A DNA stretch of 64,000 nt. It comes from Calditrichia bacterium (GTDB lineage Bacteria > Calditrichota > Calditrichia > JAJRVZ01). Positions 12,199-23,830 of this stretch are shown here, one piece after another; within the stretch, counting starts at the first letter, position 1, and each line of letters opens with the position of its first letter. A program made the position numbers and the translations under genes. The stretch covers positions 896,001 to 960,000 of the forward strand of contig CAWCNS010000007.1 in NCBI GenBank assembly GCA_963796965.1, in the 5' to 3' direction. Under the pieces are notes generated by a model. That model had not been told where the DNA came from. It saw nothing but the letters and a program-made list of their open reading frames with translations, and did not search any database.

Positions 12199-12699
12199 TT
12201 AGAAAAGTACATCAGTATAATTTTGGATTAATTCGTATAATTTTGGCCCTACAGCTTCGAGGAGTGGATATAGCAGGCTATCTTTCACCTCAAATTGTTC
12301 CATAAATGTTGTGGAAAAGGGAATAAGATTAATAACAAAAACGATGATTCCCAGAATAAATATACTTTTAACAACACCCATAACACCACCAAACAACCGA
12401 TTAAGCCATCCTAACATGGCTACCTTTAATGTTTTGGTGAGAATGTTGGCGACCAACCGTAGAAGCAAATTCGTCCCAACAAAAAGGATAAAGAAACTTA
12501 CAAGTTTAACAACTGATTCTGGAAATGTTGGAAAAAAATTAAGAATGAGCACTGTTAGTAAGCTGAGATAAGTGATCGAAATTAAATATCCGAGAATTAA
12601 CCCAGCAATCGTAATTAATTCGTAGACAAATCCCCGGAAAAATCCTTTTATAAAAAAAATAGCAGCAATGGAGAGAATACCAATATCGAGGGAATTCAT
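12199..12699 (-). CDS. cvpA: CvpA family membrane protein
   Basis: MNSLDI..GFFRGFVYE..LNRLFGG, four TM segments, next to mutS2. Confidence 0.85.
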   Translation of the reverse strand: MNSLDIGILSIAAIFFIKGFFRGFVYELITIAGLILGYLISITYLSLLTVLILNFFPTFPESVVKLVSFFILFVGTNLLLRLVANILTKTLKVAMLGWLNRLFGGVMGVVKSIFILGIIVFVINLIPFSTTFMEQFEVKDSLLYPLLEAVGPKLYELIQNYTDVLF

Positions 12700-12702
12700 A
12701 GT

Positions 12703-13155
12703 TTAAAGATTGGCAAAAATATCTTTTACTTTTTGTTGTACAACTTTGCCATCTGCTTTGCCCTTTACTTTTGGCATCACAGCACCCATAACACGTCCCA
12801 CATCCTTCTCACTTGTGATTTGGAGCATAGATACCGTCTCTTTGATAATACTATCCAACTCTTCATCTGAAAGTTGTTCGGGCAAGTATGTAGCAATAAT
12901 TTCCAGTTCTGTTGTTTCCTTTTTGACGAGGTCCTCACGTCCACCACTCTGATACATCTCAATGGCCTCTTTTCGTTTTTTTGCTTCTTTTTGGAGGACC
13001 TTCGTCACTTCGGAATCAGTCAATTCATCTTTTTTATCAATAGATGTTGTCTTGATCTGTGCCCGCAACATCCGGATGGTCTCTAATTCGAGTTTTTTTC
13101 CGGCCTTCATTGCCAGCTTCATATCTTGTAGTAATTGTTCTTCTATTGACATCAT
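12703..13155 (-). CDS. yqeY: GatB/YqeY domain protein
   Basis: DMKLAMKA, KKRKEAIEMY..GREDL, YLPEQLS, GKADGK; follows rpsU. Confidence 0.9.
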   Translation of the reverse strand: MMSIEEQLLQDMKLAMKAGKKLELETIRMLRAQIKTTSIDKKDELTDSEVTKVLQKEAKKRKEAIEMYQSGGREDLVKKETTELEIIATYLPEQLSDEELDSIIKETVSMLQITSEKDVGRVMGAVMPKVKGKADGKVVQQKVKDIFANL

Positions 13156-13161
13156 TTAATC

Positions 13162-13368
13162 TTATCTGTTTTCTGCCATTAATTTACGCATTTTACGTCT
13201 GGCAGCATTTACTCTTCGTTTTTTTTGTTCACTTGGTTTCTCAAAGTGTTGATGTTTTTTTATCTCTGACATCAGACCTGATTTTTCACAGGCTTTGGTA
13301 AATCTTCGAAAAGCTTTTTCAAATGGTTCGTTATCACGTACTTTAACTGTTATCATCCGTGGATTCAC
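13162..13368 (-). CDS. rpsU: 30S ribosomal protein S21
   Basis: VKVRDNEPFEKAFRRF..HFEKPSE. Confidence 0.95.
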   Translation of the reverse strand: MNPRMITVKVRDNEPFEKAFRRFTKACEKSGLMSEIKKHQHFEKPSEQKKRRVNAARRKMRKLMAENR

Positions 13369-13422
13369 ACCTCCTCTCTATTGGGATAGGTTAATTTTTT
13401 TGAGCACTCTATTCTACGATAA

Positions 13423-14301
13423 TTATTTTACATATTTGTCCGGATTTTCGAGTAAATCAATTTCATAATCTGCTGAGGCTTTCCAGGACCTATTTTTAGA
13501 TGCCTTTTTATAATACTGGATGGCCTTGGTTTTTTGCCCTAAGAACTTATAAACCTCACCCAAAAGAAAATTTGATCCCCCAACAATACTTTGAGATTTC
13601 GAAAATTTTAATGCGTTAAGAAATGCGCTTTCGGCATCTTTATATTTTTTTAACTTAAGAAAAGTATCTCCCAATCGGTAATAATTACTGCCTTTTCTGG
13701 AATTCTTTTTTGAGGCTTTAATTGCGCTCTGGAATGAATTGACAGCATCTGACAATGCATTCGCCTTTACCTGGCTTAAGCCTAAAATATTCCAGGCCAA
13801 GGCATAATCAGGATCGATTTCGACTGCTTTTTTAAGGCGATCAATAGCCTGTTTATAGTCTTTTTGTTTGTAAAATACATTTCCTGAGCCATAATACGCT
13901 TTTGACGACTTTTCATTGAAAGAAAGAACAGCGTTAAACGTATTGATGGCAGAACTAAAATCTTCAAGTGATGTCTGCAAATTGCCAAGAGCAATGTAGG
14001 CATTTTCAAATTTACTTTCTATTTCAATAGCTTTCTTGAATGATGTCATCGCTTCGACATTTGCACTTAATCTTCTCTGGGTAAATCCAAGCATATAGTA
14101 GGCTTGGGCAAATTGAGGATCTGCTTTAATGGCCTTATCAAATAATGGGACTGCCGCTTTGTAGTTCCCTTTTCGCGCCTGATCAAGACCATCATTATAG
14201 GCATTACCCGCTTCGGGGCTCTTCGATCCCGTATCGCTCTGCGCAATTGCCATAACAACAGAAACAATCAGAACAAGAGAAATAATTATAATTTTTTTCA
14301 C
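13423..14301 (-). CDS. Exported tetratricopeptide repeat protein
   Basis: Signal peptide plus about seven TPR repeats. Confidence 0.85.
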   Translation of the reverse strand: MKKIIIISLVLIVSVVMAIAQSDTGSKSPEAGNAYNDGLDQARKGNYKAAVPLFDKAIKADPQFAQAYYMLGFTQRRLSANVEAMTSFKKAIEIESKFENAYIALGNLQTSLEDFSSAINTFNAVLSFNEKSSKAYYGSGNVFYKQKDYKQAIDRLKKAVEIDPDYALAWNILGLSQVKANALSDAVNSFQSAIKASKKNSRKGSNYYRLGDTFLKLKKYKDAESAFLNALKFSKSQSIVGGSNFLLGEVYKFLGQKTKAIQYYKKASKNRSWKASADYEIDLLENPDKYVK

Positions 14302-14398
14302 TTTTATCGCCTCCTTTTGATGCTTATAATTTGCGAAAGTAAGTAATTTACTAATTTTATGGTTTTATTTCAAAATAAAATAAGAATTTATATGCTTT

Positions 14399-14962
14399 CT
14401 ACTTTGCACGCTCTAAATATTTACCTTCTGTTGTATCAATTCTGACAACCTCTCCTTCGGAAATAAATGGAGGAACCTGTATTTTCAATCCAGTCTCAAC
14501 GATGGCTGGTTTATAGGAAGAAGTTACGGTTGCCGTCTTAAGAGCGGGCTCAGTTTCAATTATTTTTAATTCTACTGATCCCGGGATATCAATGCTCACT
14601 GGTTCATTTTGATAAAAGTTAACCGTAACTTTTACATTGGGCAACATATACATAGGTGCATCTCCAAGAATATCATCGCGAAGTATAATCTGATCAAATG
14701 TTTCTAAATCCATAAAGTAATAATCTTCTCCGTCATTATAAAGATATTCCATGTCCTTGCTATCCAAAGAGGCCTTTTCCACTGATTCGTCACTTCTAAA
14801 CCTATTTTCGGCATTTGTTCCCGTCCGAACGTTCTTCATTTTAGTTTGCACCGAAGCTTGTCCTTTACCGGGTGTATTATGAAAAACGTCTGTAAGTTGA
14901 AAAAGTTCGTTGTTAAACTCAATTATCATGCCTTTTCTGATCTGGGTTGCCTTTAACTTCAT
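14399..14962 (-). CDS. efp: Elongation factor P
   Basis: TPGKG loop (Lys type), YYFMD, KPAIVETG, VPPFI..GEVVRIDT. Confidence 0.97.
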   Translation of the reverse strand: MKLKATQIRKGMIIEFNNELFQLTDVFHNTPGKGQASVQTKMKNVRTGTNAENRFRSDESVEKASLDSKDMEYLYNDGEDYYFMDLETFDQIILRDDILGDAPMYMLPNVKVTVNFYQNEPVSIDIPGSVELKIIETEPALKTATVTSSYKPAIVETGLKIQVPPFISEGEVVRIDTTEGKYLERAK

Positions 14963-15873
14963 ATAATTTTCTCCATATTTTTTACAGTCATTTTCTTTTT
15001 CATATCCTGATATTTTTGTTCATCGAAAACAAATTTATAGTCTTTCATCTTTCCATTCACATATTTTTTATATTTTTTGCCATTAAAAAGTTTTTTTAAT
15101 ACATCATCTAGTGGCACTAATTGTTCACCAACCATCCAATTAAATATTTCATTTGATTTTAGATCTTTTACACATCCCCATTCTATACCCCAGGACAACT
15201 TATCAATCGGTAAATTTTTAAAGTTTTTTTTCAAAACCTGCAATTTCGCCTGAGCTAGAGGATCAAGATAATAAAATATCTTCGAATATAAAAAGGCATT
15301 GTGATAATGCCCTGGAAAATTTATCAAACCAGATACCCCCAACCTCCAGCAGGCAATCATCAACAGTTCTACCACAATTGCAGAGAGTCCCAGCCCTGGA
15401 TACTTTTGTCCTGGTAAACGTGGGCGTCTTGGGGTAAAGTCTGCGTTAGGGTTTTGCATTGCCAGCCAGTCGATTGTCAGACATTGATAACATTTTCCAT
15501 TGTGTTTAAAATCGAACGGCATTTTTAATTTAAAATAGGATTTCCTCAAAACCAGTTCGATCAACAAATTTTTTCTAGCTTTGGTTTCATTGAATACTGA
15601 TATTTTATGTTTAAAGGCATCTGAAGTGTCAAAATGTGTAACAACATTTTCAAAGCCAAGGTTTTTTAATTCCGCATATAATCCATATTTTTCGAGTGCG
15701 AGATTCATCCCATTATGAGAAAAATATCCGAGGAAAAAATCACCACCACGTTTGCCAATATCCAGATTAAACAGATCTGATTCAGACATATCTAAACGGA
15801 CGATATCTGGTTGTTTTACCGTCTTACTTTGCAACCAGGATATGATATGCCAGGAATTTTCTGGAAATTTCAT
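14959..15873 (-). CDS. Conserved hypothetical protein, possible GNAT-like acyltransferase partner of the deacetylase
   Basis: 304 aa; LPGQKYPGLGL resembles an acyl-CoA-binding QxxGxG motif; overlaps both neighbours. Confidence 0.5.
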   Translation of the reverse strand: MKFPENSWHIISWLQSKTVKQPDIVRLDMSESDLFNLDIGKRGGDFFLGYFSHNGMNLALEKYGLYAELKNLGFENVVTHFDTSDAFKHKISVFNETKARKNLLIELVLRKSYFKLKMPFDFKHNGKCYQCLTIDWLAMQNPNADFTPRRPRLPGQKYPGLGLSAIVVELLMIACWRLGVSGLINFPGHYHNAFLYSKIFYYLDPLAQAKLQVLKKNFKNLPIDKLSWGIEWGCVKDLKSNEIFNWMVGEQLVPLDDVLKKLFNGKKYKKYVNGKMKDYKFVFDEQKYQDMKKKMTVKNMEKII

Positions 15874-16802
15874 CAGATTCTTCCTTTCAATGTTGAGGCA
15901 ATATAGTCAAAATATATCTTCCAGCTTTCAGCCCCATATCCCCCTCCGGCAACAACAACCAAAGGTTTTTTACTAGATTTTACTAAATTGAAGACATAAA
16001 GATTCCTTTCCAACATCTCCTCTCTAGTTAAATTTAAATCACACAAAGTGTCATGCTCATAAGGATCCGATCCGGCGATATAAAATACAAGCTGCGGTTT
16101 AAATGAATCAAATGCTGGCTCAAGATGTTCGGAGAGAATTTCCATATATTCTGGTCCGCGAATATTGTGTGGAATAAGAATATCCTTATTATTCTGTTTA
16201 TCAACCTCCAACCATTTTGTAGCATGAAGGGAAAAGGTGAATACATTAGGATCATCCTTAAAGAACATCAAATTTCCATCTCCCTGATGATAATCCAAAT
16301 CAATAATCATTATTCTTTCCAAAGTGTGTTTTTGCCTAACTTTTTCTATGGCTATGGCGACATCATTGATCAAACAGAATCCGGCAGCCTGGTCGGGCAT
16401 GGCATGATGAAATCCTCCCCCAATATTGAACATTGCGACTCTGTGATCAAGTGCATATTCAGCTGCCAGGATCGTCCCACCGGTTACAGTCCGAAAAAAT
16501 TCAAGGATATAGGAATCCCAGGGTTCTACAACGCCAATCCTCAGATATTGTCCTACTTTTACAGGATCTTGAATATTTTTCAGATAGGTTTCATCATGGA
16601 CTAAGGCCATATCTTCATAACTCACCATTTCCGGAGCAAGGATATGTTTTCGCTTTATATATTTTTCATTTATCAAGCGATCCCGGATCTTTTTGTATTT
16701 CATAATGTCAAATGATTGATAAGCGTTGGAAGTGGAAATCCCAATATAATAATCATAGGAAAAAACAAGTTTAATCTTTTGACGATTAAGAAGATTGTAC
16801 AT
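15873..16802 (-). CDS. Histone deacetylase family (Zn-dependent) protein
   Basis: GGGFHHA, GFCLINDVA, DLDYHQGDG, GSDP, GGGY. Confidence 0.93.
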   Translation of the reverse strand: MYNLLNRQKIKLVFSYDYYIGISTSNAYQSFDIMKYKKIRDRLINEKYIKRKHILAPEMVSYEDMALVHDETYLKNIQDPVKVGQYLRIGVVEPWDSYILEFFRTVTGGTILAAEYALDHRVAMFNIGGGFHHAMPDQAAGFCLINDVAIAIEKVRQKHTLERIMIIDLDYHQGDGNLMFFKDDPNVFTFSLHATKWLEVDKQNNKDILIPHNIRGPEYMEILSEHLEPAFDSFKPQLVFYIAGSDPYEHDTLCDLNLTREEMLERNLYVFNLVKSSKKPLVVVAGGGYGAESWKIYFDYIASTLKGRI

Positions 16803-16948
16803 TTAAATCTTTATCCGGGATATTTGACATATTATAGACTCTCAACCAAGATATGAGACACCTAATTTGAGATATGTGATACGTGATACGGATATCGCTA
16901 TATATTTATTTGAATTATGCAGCATTTATAAATCAACATTACTAATTT

Positions 16949-17950
16949 CTAATTACTTTTCGTCAGTTCTCCAGCCAGACTTTGATCCATAAGATGGCGC
17001 ACTTCGGATACTTCTAACTCATTCCCCAGAAGCAACATCAATTTTACAAGTGCGGCTTCTGTAGTCATATCGTGCAATGATAAAGCACCCGCATCCCGGG
17101 CCCTTTGTCCACAAACATAAACACTCAGATCGGTTAAACCATGCGGTGATTGGCTTCCAAGATATACAAGTATTTCCTGATCAATCGCCGAGGAGATAAA
17201 TTCAATCCAACCCGAATTTTCTCCAGGCAGGTTACCAGAACCAAATCCTTCAATAACTAAAGCTTTCACAGAATCTGTTATTAATTTTTTATAAATATCC
17301 GGTTTTAAACCTGGATACACACCTAACGATAATATATTTTGAGAACAGGTCGATTGGAGAGATAATTTTGCCTTTTCTTTCAGGATATATCGGCTGTTGA
17401 CATTGACGTTTAGTCCAATATTCGCCAACGGTGGTAAATTGGGTGATTCGAAACTTTGGAAACTTTCAATACTCATTTTTTTTGTGCGATTGCCTCGTAA
17501 AAGACGGTTTCCAAAACAAATAAGAACTTCAGGGATATCATAGGTTGCCAGTTCAACAGAGTTGATAAGATTGCCCCGAGCATCTGTACGAAGGGCGGAA
17601 AGGGGACGTTGCGACCCCGTTAAGATAACAGGTTTTTTGAGATCCAGTAGTAGAAAAGATAGAGCAGAAGCCGTATATACGAGGGTATCTGTACCATGAA
17701 TAATAACGACGCCATCATAGTTTTCTATCTCACCCTTAATAATTGTATATAAAATATGCCATTCATTCGGGCCAATATTTGAACTGTCCAAATTAAAAGG
17801 GATTTTTATGGATATATCAACCTTCTCCCTTATTCTTGGAATGTAAGTATCAATTTGTTTTTCTATATTACCCGGTTGAAGAGTCGTCTCTGGCTCCATA
17901 GGTGTCATACCGAACGTACCACCGGTGTGAATGATCAAGACACGTTTCAT
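16949..17950 (-). CDS. ansA: L-asparaginase type I
   Basis: IHTGGTFGM, LDSSN, HGTDT, LTGSQ, DMTTEAA. Confidence 0.92.
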   Translation of the reverse strand: MKRVLIIHTGGTFGMTPMEPETTLQPGNIEKQIDTYIPRIREKVDISIKIPFNLDSSNIGPNEWHILYTIIKGEIENYDGVVIIHGTDTLVYTASALSFLLLDLKKPVILTGSQRPLSALRTDARGNLINSVELATYDIPEVLICFGNRLLRGNRTKKMSIESFQSFESPNLPPLANIGLNVNVNSRYILKEKAKLSLQSTCSQNILSLGVYPGLKPDIYKKLITDSVKALVIEGFGSGNLPGENSGWIEFISSAIDQEILVYLGSQSPHGLTDLSVYVCGQRARDAGALSLHDMTTEAALVKLMLLLGNELEVSEVRHLMDQSLAGELTKSN

Positions 17951-18184
17951 AGTTTTTTCTCCGCTTTAATATAAAGAGCTTAGCGGTTTAGGACAAGAGG
18001 AATCTGGGTACTGGGTATTGAATATTGAAATATTGAATATGAATATTGAATATTGAGTTTGTGTATTCTCTGGCTCCTTGTCAAATAAAGTTGATAGAAA
18101 GTTTACCCACTAAACGCCCGGATAATTGCCAAGAACCGAGTACCAAGTGCCGGGTGCCTAATAGCGAGATACCAGAATTGAGAC

Positions 18185-18212
18185 AAAAAAAAGCCCGGGA
18201 TTAACCGGGCTT
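18185..18212 (-). terminator. Intrinsic terminator of ppdK
   Basis: Minus strand AAGCCCGG-ttaatc-CCGGGC followed by U8. Confidence 0.85.
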
Positions 18213-18264
18213 CATTTAATAAGAGAGGAAATAAATCTACCTCAATTTATTTTGAACCTTCGTG

Positions 18265-20940
18265 TTACTTGGTTCTCAGCGCTTCTTGTGCAGCTGCAAG
18301 ACGGGCAATCGGTACACGATAAGGTGAACAACTGACATAGTTCATCCCCACTCTGTGACAGAATCCTACTGATTTCGGTTCCCCGCCATGTTCTCCGCAG
18401 ATACCAATTTTCAGGTCTTTTTTTGTCGATCTACCCTTTTGCACGGCAATCTCAACCAGCTGACCAACACCCGATTGATCTAAAACCTGGAATGGATCTT
18501 CGGGAAGAATTCCTCTATCAACATATTCACCAAGGAATGTACCGGCATCATCACGTGAGTACCCAAAGGCCATCTGAGTCAAATCGTTGGTACCAAATGA
18601 AAAGAACTCTGCTTCCTCGGCAACTTCATCTGCTGTTAATGCAGCACGCGGTATCTCGATCATGGTTCCAATCATATAGTCCACCTTGACACCTGTTTTT
18701 TCCTGAACCGCATCGGCAACTTTCTTAACGATAGCTTTTTGATTAGCCAATTCAGCTTTGGTTCCAATAAGCGGAATCATAATTTCCGGATATACCTTCA
18801 CACCTTCTTTTGTGAGCTGGCAGGCTGCTTCCATAATAGCTTGTGCCTGCATTTCGGTAATCTCCGGATAGGTGATACCTAGACGACAACCACGGTGTCC
18901 AAGCATAGGGTTGAATTCGTGAAGTGAATCAACCTTCGCTTTAACTTCCGCTTTGGTAAGACCCATTTCATCGGCCATTTCCTGCTGATTTTCATCATCA
19001 TGGGGAAGAAATTCATGCAAAGGTGGGTCCAGGGTACGAATCGTAACAGGAAGATCATGCATCGCTTTTAATATGCCATAAAAATCTTCTTTTTGATACG
19101 GTAATAATTTTGCAAGGGCTTTGCGACGTCCCGCTTCATCATCGGCCAAGATCATTTCACGAACGGCTTTGATGCGATCACCTTCAAAAAACATATGTTC
19201 GGTGCGGCAAAGACCAATACCTTCAGCGCCAAAATTACGGGCAACATCTGAATCATGGGGTGTATCTGCATTTGTACGGACATTCAGGGTTCTGTATTCA
19301 TCAGCCCATGACATCAAAGTTCCAAAATTTCCAGATAATTCAGGGGTTACTGTCGGGACTTTTCCATCAATAACTTCGCCCAGAGATCCGTCAAGAGAGA
19401 TCCAATCGCCTTCCTTAAAGACTTTTGAACCGACTTTCATTTCCTTGGCCTTATATTCAATATTCAGACTACCGCATCCGGCAACACAACAGGTTCCCAT
19501 ACCTCTGGCAACGACGGCTGCGTGAGAGGTCATACCACCACGGGAAGTCAAGATACCTTTTGCGACATTCATTCCGCCAATATCTTCCGGTGAAGTTTCA
19601 ATTCTGACAAGAATAACATCCTCGCCACGCTCTGCCCATTCTTCAGCATCATCAGCATGGAAAACAATCCGACCTGTGGCAGCACCAGGTGATGCCGGCA
19701 ATCCTTTGGCCACAACATTTTTTTCTGCCTTAGGATCAAAGGTAGGATGGAGGAGTTGATCCAACTGCTCTGGTTCTACACGCATGACAGCAGTTTCCTT
19801 ATCAATCAATCCCTCTTCGAACATTTCCACAGCAATTCTCACAGCCGCTTCAGCTGTACGTTTACCATTTCTTGTCTGCAACATCCAGAGTTTACCACTT
19901 TGAATTGTAAACTCAATATCCTGCATATCTTTATAATGTACTTCCAGTTTATTATATATTCTATCCAGATCTTTATAAGGCTCTGGCATAATTTCTTCCA
20001 GAGTCTTTTGTTCCGGGCTGGATTTGGTTGCTATATTGACAGGTTCAGGTGTTCGTGTACCAGCAACCACATCTTCACCCTGTGCATTTACGAGATACTC
20101 ACCGTAAAACTTCTTTTCTCCTGTGGCGGGATCGCGAGTAAAGGCAACACCTGTGGCACAATCATCACCCATATTACCATAAACCATGGCTTGTACATTA
20201 ACCGCTGTACCCCATTCTGCAGGGATATCATTTAATTTACGATAGGTGACGGCACGCTGATTATTCCATGATCCAAAAACAGCGCTGACAGCACCCCATA
20301 ATTGTTCCCATGGATCAGTCGGGAAATCCTGACCTGTATTTTCCTTAATCGCATCCTTGAAGAGACCTACCATTCTTTTGAGATCTGCAGCAGAAAGGTC
20401 CGTATCTAGTTCAACACCCAATTCATCTTTCATATCCTGAATAATGACCTCAAAAGGATCTTCTTCTTCTTTAGATTCTGGTTTCATTCCCATGACAACA
20501 TCACCATACATCTGAACAAAACGGCGATAGGAATCCCAACCAAAACGCTCATTACCTGATTTCTCACTTATGCCGTTTACGGTGTCCTCATTAAGGCCCA
20601 AATTCAAAACCGTATCCATCATTCCGGGCATTGATGCAGGAGCACCAGAACGAACTGAAACAAGTAAAGGATTGTTTACATCTCCAAACTGAGCACCCAT
20701 AATCTTTTCGACGCTGGCAATACCTTCCTGGACCTGCTTTTTTACTTCATCAGTATACTGACCATCATTTTTATAATAGGCATGACAAACTTCTGTAGAT
20801 ATGGTAAAACCAGCCGGAACAGGAACACCCAAATTGGACATTTCTGCCAGGTTTGCACCTTTTCCTCCCAATAGGAGTTTCATGGTCGCATTACCCTCAG
20901 CCTTACCATCTCCAAATGTATAAACAAACTTACCAGACAT
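18265..20940 (-). CDS. ppdK: Pyruvate, phosphate dikinase
   Basis: [26 protein letters not shown] phospho-His, [27 protein letters not shown] before ATG 20940. Confidence 0.98.
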   Translation of the reverse strand: MSGKFVYTFGDGKAEGNATMKLLLGGKGANLAEMSNLGVPVPAGFTISTEVCHAYYKNDGQYTDEVKKQVQEGIASVEKIMGAQFGDVNNPLLVSVRSGAPASMPGMMDTVLNLGLNEDTVNGISEKSGNERFGWDSYRRFVQMYGDVVMGMKPESKEEEDPFEVIIQDMKDELGVELDTDLSAADLKRMVGLFKDAIKENTGQDFPTDPWEQLWGAVSAVFGSWNNQRAVTYRKLNDIPAEWGTAVNVQAMVYGNMGDDCATGVAFTRDPATGEKKFYGEYLVNAQGEDVVAGTRTPEPVNIATKSSPEQKTLEEIMPEPYKDLDRIYNKLEVHYKDMQDIEFTIQSGKLWMLQTRNGKRTAEAAVRIAVEMFEEGLIDKETAVMRVEPEQLDQLLHPTFDPKAEKNVVAKGLPASPGAATGRIVFHADDAEEWAERGEDVILVRIETSPEDIGGMNVAKGILTSRGGMTSHAAVVARGMGTCCVAGCGSLNIEYKAKEMKVGSKVFKEGDWISLDGSLGEVIDGKVPTVTPELSGNFGTLMSWADEYRTLNVRTNADTPHDSDVARNFGAEGIGLCRTEHMFFEGDRIKAVREMILADDEAGRRKALAKLLPYQKEDFYGILKAMHDLPVTIRTLDPPLHEFLPHDDENQQEMADEMGLTKAEVKAKVDSLHEFNPMLGHRGCRLGITYPEITEMQAQAIMEAACQLTKEGVKVYPEIMIPLIGTKAELANQKAIVKKVADAVQEKTGVKVDYMIGTMIEIPRAALTADEVAEEAEFFSFGTNDLTQMAFGYSRDDAGTFLGEYVDRGILPEDPFQVLDQSGVGQLVEIAVQKGRSTKKDLKIGICGEHGGEPKSVGFCHRVGMNYVSCSPYRVPIARLAAAQEALRTK

Positions 20941-21174
20941 ATTTCCTCCATTTATAAAAAACAAAATTTCACATAAAGATTAAGCCTACAATATACCATT
21001 CGATACATAAAATTTCAAGCAGGAGTTGGGATTTTTGGTACCGACCAGCTGATAAGGGATGTGGGATACGGCAACAATTCCAAATTATTCTCGTACTAAT
21101 CTTCATCTGCTAATTGTTAATTATATAACGATTCCTTAGTTTTATATGAATCATTCATAATAGAAAATAATCAG

Positions 21175-23550
21175 ATGCATAATTCCTTATCGTACCTTCT
21201 TCTCTCTCTTCTTATCTTTAATCTTCTATCGCTATCAGCAGCACAAACACTTCTCAAAGGTCATATTAAAGATGCTAAAACCCAGGAACCACTGGCTGCG
21301 GCCAATATTCAAATTGTAGGTACCTTTCAGGGGACTATATCTAACGAAGATGGAGATTTTATTTTACTCATAGGCAACCCACCAGCTTCCTTATCCATAA
21401 CCTACATTGGATACGAATCACAGAAAATCCTTATAGAAAATAATGATGATAATGAGATTCTTATCGCTCTTGAACCGATAATTCTTGAAATGGATGCGAT
21501 TGTTGTCGTAGCAGAGGATCCCGCCTTAGCAATTATGCGGGAAGTGATCCGCCGTAAACTTATCTGGCGCAAAGAAATTCAAACTTCCAGCGCACATGCC
21601 TATAGTCGCCTGGTATTTGAAAATGACTCCGGAATCGTATCGATTGCTGAAAGTTTATCGGAAACGTTTTGGGATAGTGAAAAGGGTTCGAGGGAAGTGA
21701 TTAAGTCCAAACGTCAGACAAGCAATCTGAGTGAGCAACAAAATATGGCTGTGGCCAGTTTTATTCCAAATTTTTATGATGATGATATCGAACTAATTGG
21801 ATTTAGTGTAATAGGACCAACCCACCCCGATGCTCTGGATTATTATGATTTTAAACTCCTAAAAGAAAAAAGACGAGACAATAAGACTGTTTTTGAGATT
21901 CAGGTCATTCCAGATAGTAAGTTACAACCAACATTTCAGGGTCGTTTGTGGGTTTTAGATGAAGATTTTGCTTTACTTAACGTCGAACTAAAACCAAGTA
22001 AATCTATTCATTTTCCTATTCCAATACAGGAATTAAATCTATATTATAAACAGCAATTTAGCAATTATGCCCGTAAATTTTGGTTACCTGTTGATTATCG
22101 TGTTAGCGGGGACATAAAAATTGGAATTTTGGGTTTACAATTCCCCAGGATAAAATATAAAAGAATCACAGCCCTTTCTGACTACCAGGTAAATATCCCA
22201 TTGCCTGATTCACTTTATGAAAAAGAAAAAATCCTAAGTGTAGATTCCCTTTCTCTTTCTCAAGACACCCTCTTCACCGCAAGAAAGATTCAGGTACCGC
22301 TTACCCATGCAGAAGAAACTGCTTATGAATCTTTAGACAGTACAATGACATTAGAAAAGGCATTCAAACCGACAGGATTTTTAGCGAATGTTATTGAGGC
22401 GACAGCCGGTGATGAAGAAGCTAATGCAAATGAAGGGACGGGGATACTCTCGTGGCTTTCCCCCCAGCTCTGGTACAACCGGGTAGATGCTCTCCATATT
22501 GGCCTTACGTTAAAACCAGACTTATCAGATCTCTTTAAAGTAAGCATTGGAGCCGGTTATAACACAGGTCTGAAAAATTGGTCCTTTTTAGCAGAATTAC
22601 ATTATCGGTTCGGATCTAAAAACCAATTTCATAGCACATTAAAATACGAGACAGGGACTGAGAGTCGCTATCCATCTGAAACCTACACCCTCTTTCTGGC
22701 CAGTCTTCCGCCTACATTCGCCCGACCAGACTATTTTGATTATTATTGGCAGGACGGTTTTTTTGTTGATTTTGGATATCGTTTTCGTGCAATAAATTCC
22801 ATATTCTCCATCGGTCTTAACTCTCACAAACAAAAGTCACTCGAAAAGACAACCGATTTCAATATTGTCGGATCTGGCTATGAACAACGAGAGAATCCGG
22901 CAATCAATGAAGGGACTATGCGAAGTCTGCTCTTCAAAGCCGAATACGGTGACGACTACATTCCATTCGGTATTGTTGGTCAAAACAGAGTCACCTTTCT
23001 CATTGAATATAGCGCCCCATCACTTTTAAAGAGTGAATACGATTTTACCAAATACAGTCTGAACGCTGATCTTCGAGTAAATACATTCTTGACCAGAAGA
23101 TTATTGCCCAATGCACTTGACATACATTTAACTATGGGTTATAGTACCGGGAAACTGCCATTACAACGTTATGGGATCGTCGATGGCAGTTTTGAAGTTT
23201 TTACCCCGTACGCCGTATTAAAATCAAGAAGATCAAGACCCTATGAAGGTGAAAGTTACCTGGGAGTGTTCTGGGAGCATAATTTTCGTACGGTACCATT
23301 TGAGTTAATCAATTTTGATTTCCTCGTCGAGAAGGGTGTTGGAATCATTGTATATGGTGGCCACGGACGATCCTGGATCTCGGAACAGACACTTTCAGAA
23401 CTAACCTTTATACCAGCATACACGACGCGTATGCATAATGAGACAGGTTTTTCTATAAATAATATCTTTAGTCTTCTTCGCTTTGACACTACTTATCGCT
23501 GGGAAACTAAAGGCATCTATGTGGGCATATCAATGGCCCGTTTCTTTTAA
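21175..23550 (+). CDS. Outer-membrane protein with carboxypeptidase regulatory-like domain and DUF5686-like region
   Basis: Signal peptide, GHIKDAKTQEPL..GTISNEDGDF..YIGYE, C-terminal beta-barrel ending in Phe. Confidence 0.75.
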   Translation: MHNSLSYLLLSLLIFNLLSLSAAQTLLKGHIKDAKTQEPLAAANIQIVGTFQGTISNEDGDFILLIGNPPASLSITYIGYESQKILIENNDDNEILIALEPIILEMDAIVVVAEDPALAIMREVIRRKLIWRKEIQTSSAHAYSRLVFENDSGIVSIAESLSETFWDSEKGSREVIKSKRQTSNLSEQQNMAVASFIPNFYDDDIELIGFSVIGPTHPDALDYYDFKLLKEKRRDNKTVFEIQVIPDSKLQPTFQGRLWVLDEDFALLNVELKPSKSIHFPIPIQELNLYYKQQFSNYARKFWLPVDYRVSGDIKIGILGLQFPRIKYKRITALSDYQVNIPLPDSLYEKEKILSVDSLSLSQDTLFTARKIQVPLTHAEETAYESLDSTMTLEKAFKPTGFLANVIEATAGDEEANANEGTGILSWLSPQLWYNRVDALHIGLTLKPDLSDLFKVSIGAGYNTGLKNWSFLAELHYRFGSKNQFHSTLKYETGTESRYPSETYTLFLASLPPTFARPDYFDYYWQDGFFVDFGYRFRAINSIFSIGLNSHKQKSLEKTTDFNIVGSGYEQRENPAINEGTMRSLLFKAEYGDDYIPFGIVGQNRVTFLIEYSAPSLLKSEYDFTKYSLNADLRVNTFLTRRLLPNALDIHLTMGYSTGKLPLQRYGIVDGSFEVFTPYAVLKSRRSRPYEGESYLGVFWEHNFRTVPFELINFDFLVEKGVGIIVYGGHGRSWISEQTLSELTFIPAYTTRMHNETGFSINNIFSLLRFDTTYRWETKGIYVGISMARFF

Positions 23551-23599
23551 GCAGATAATCTATTTTGAAATGATCTACTTAAATATTTATCTTTTTTTT

Positions 23600-23696
23600 A
23601 ACCACAAAGTCCTCAAAGAAGGCACTAAGATCACAAAGTTATTCTTATGATTTTTTTCTTTGAGTACTTTGTGCCTTTTTTGTGTACTTTGTGGTA
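23600..23696. repeat. REP-like imperfect palindrome built from CACAAAG/CTTTGTG units
   Basis: ACCACAAAG..CTCAAAG..CACAAAG left arm; CTTTGAG..CTTTGTG..CTTTGTGGT right arm. Confidence 0.7.
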
Positions 23697-23830
23697 AATC
23701 TTTATCTTTAGCGGTCTGAGACTGTCAGGCCTGAAGAGAGATCCCTAATTTCTCATTGTTAAAAAAGACTTTCATTATTTAAAAATCATATTATCTTTAA
23801 CACTACCATCGAATTTAGAGGGGTTCTATC

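Noticed and set aside
18423..20235. Plus-strand ORFs inside ppdK and similar antisense ORFs elsewhere
   Set aside because: Shadow ORFs opposite well-supported genes, with no recognisable motifs
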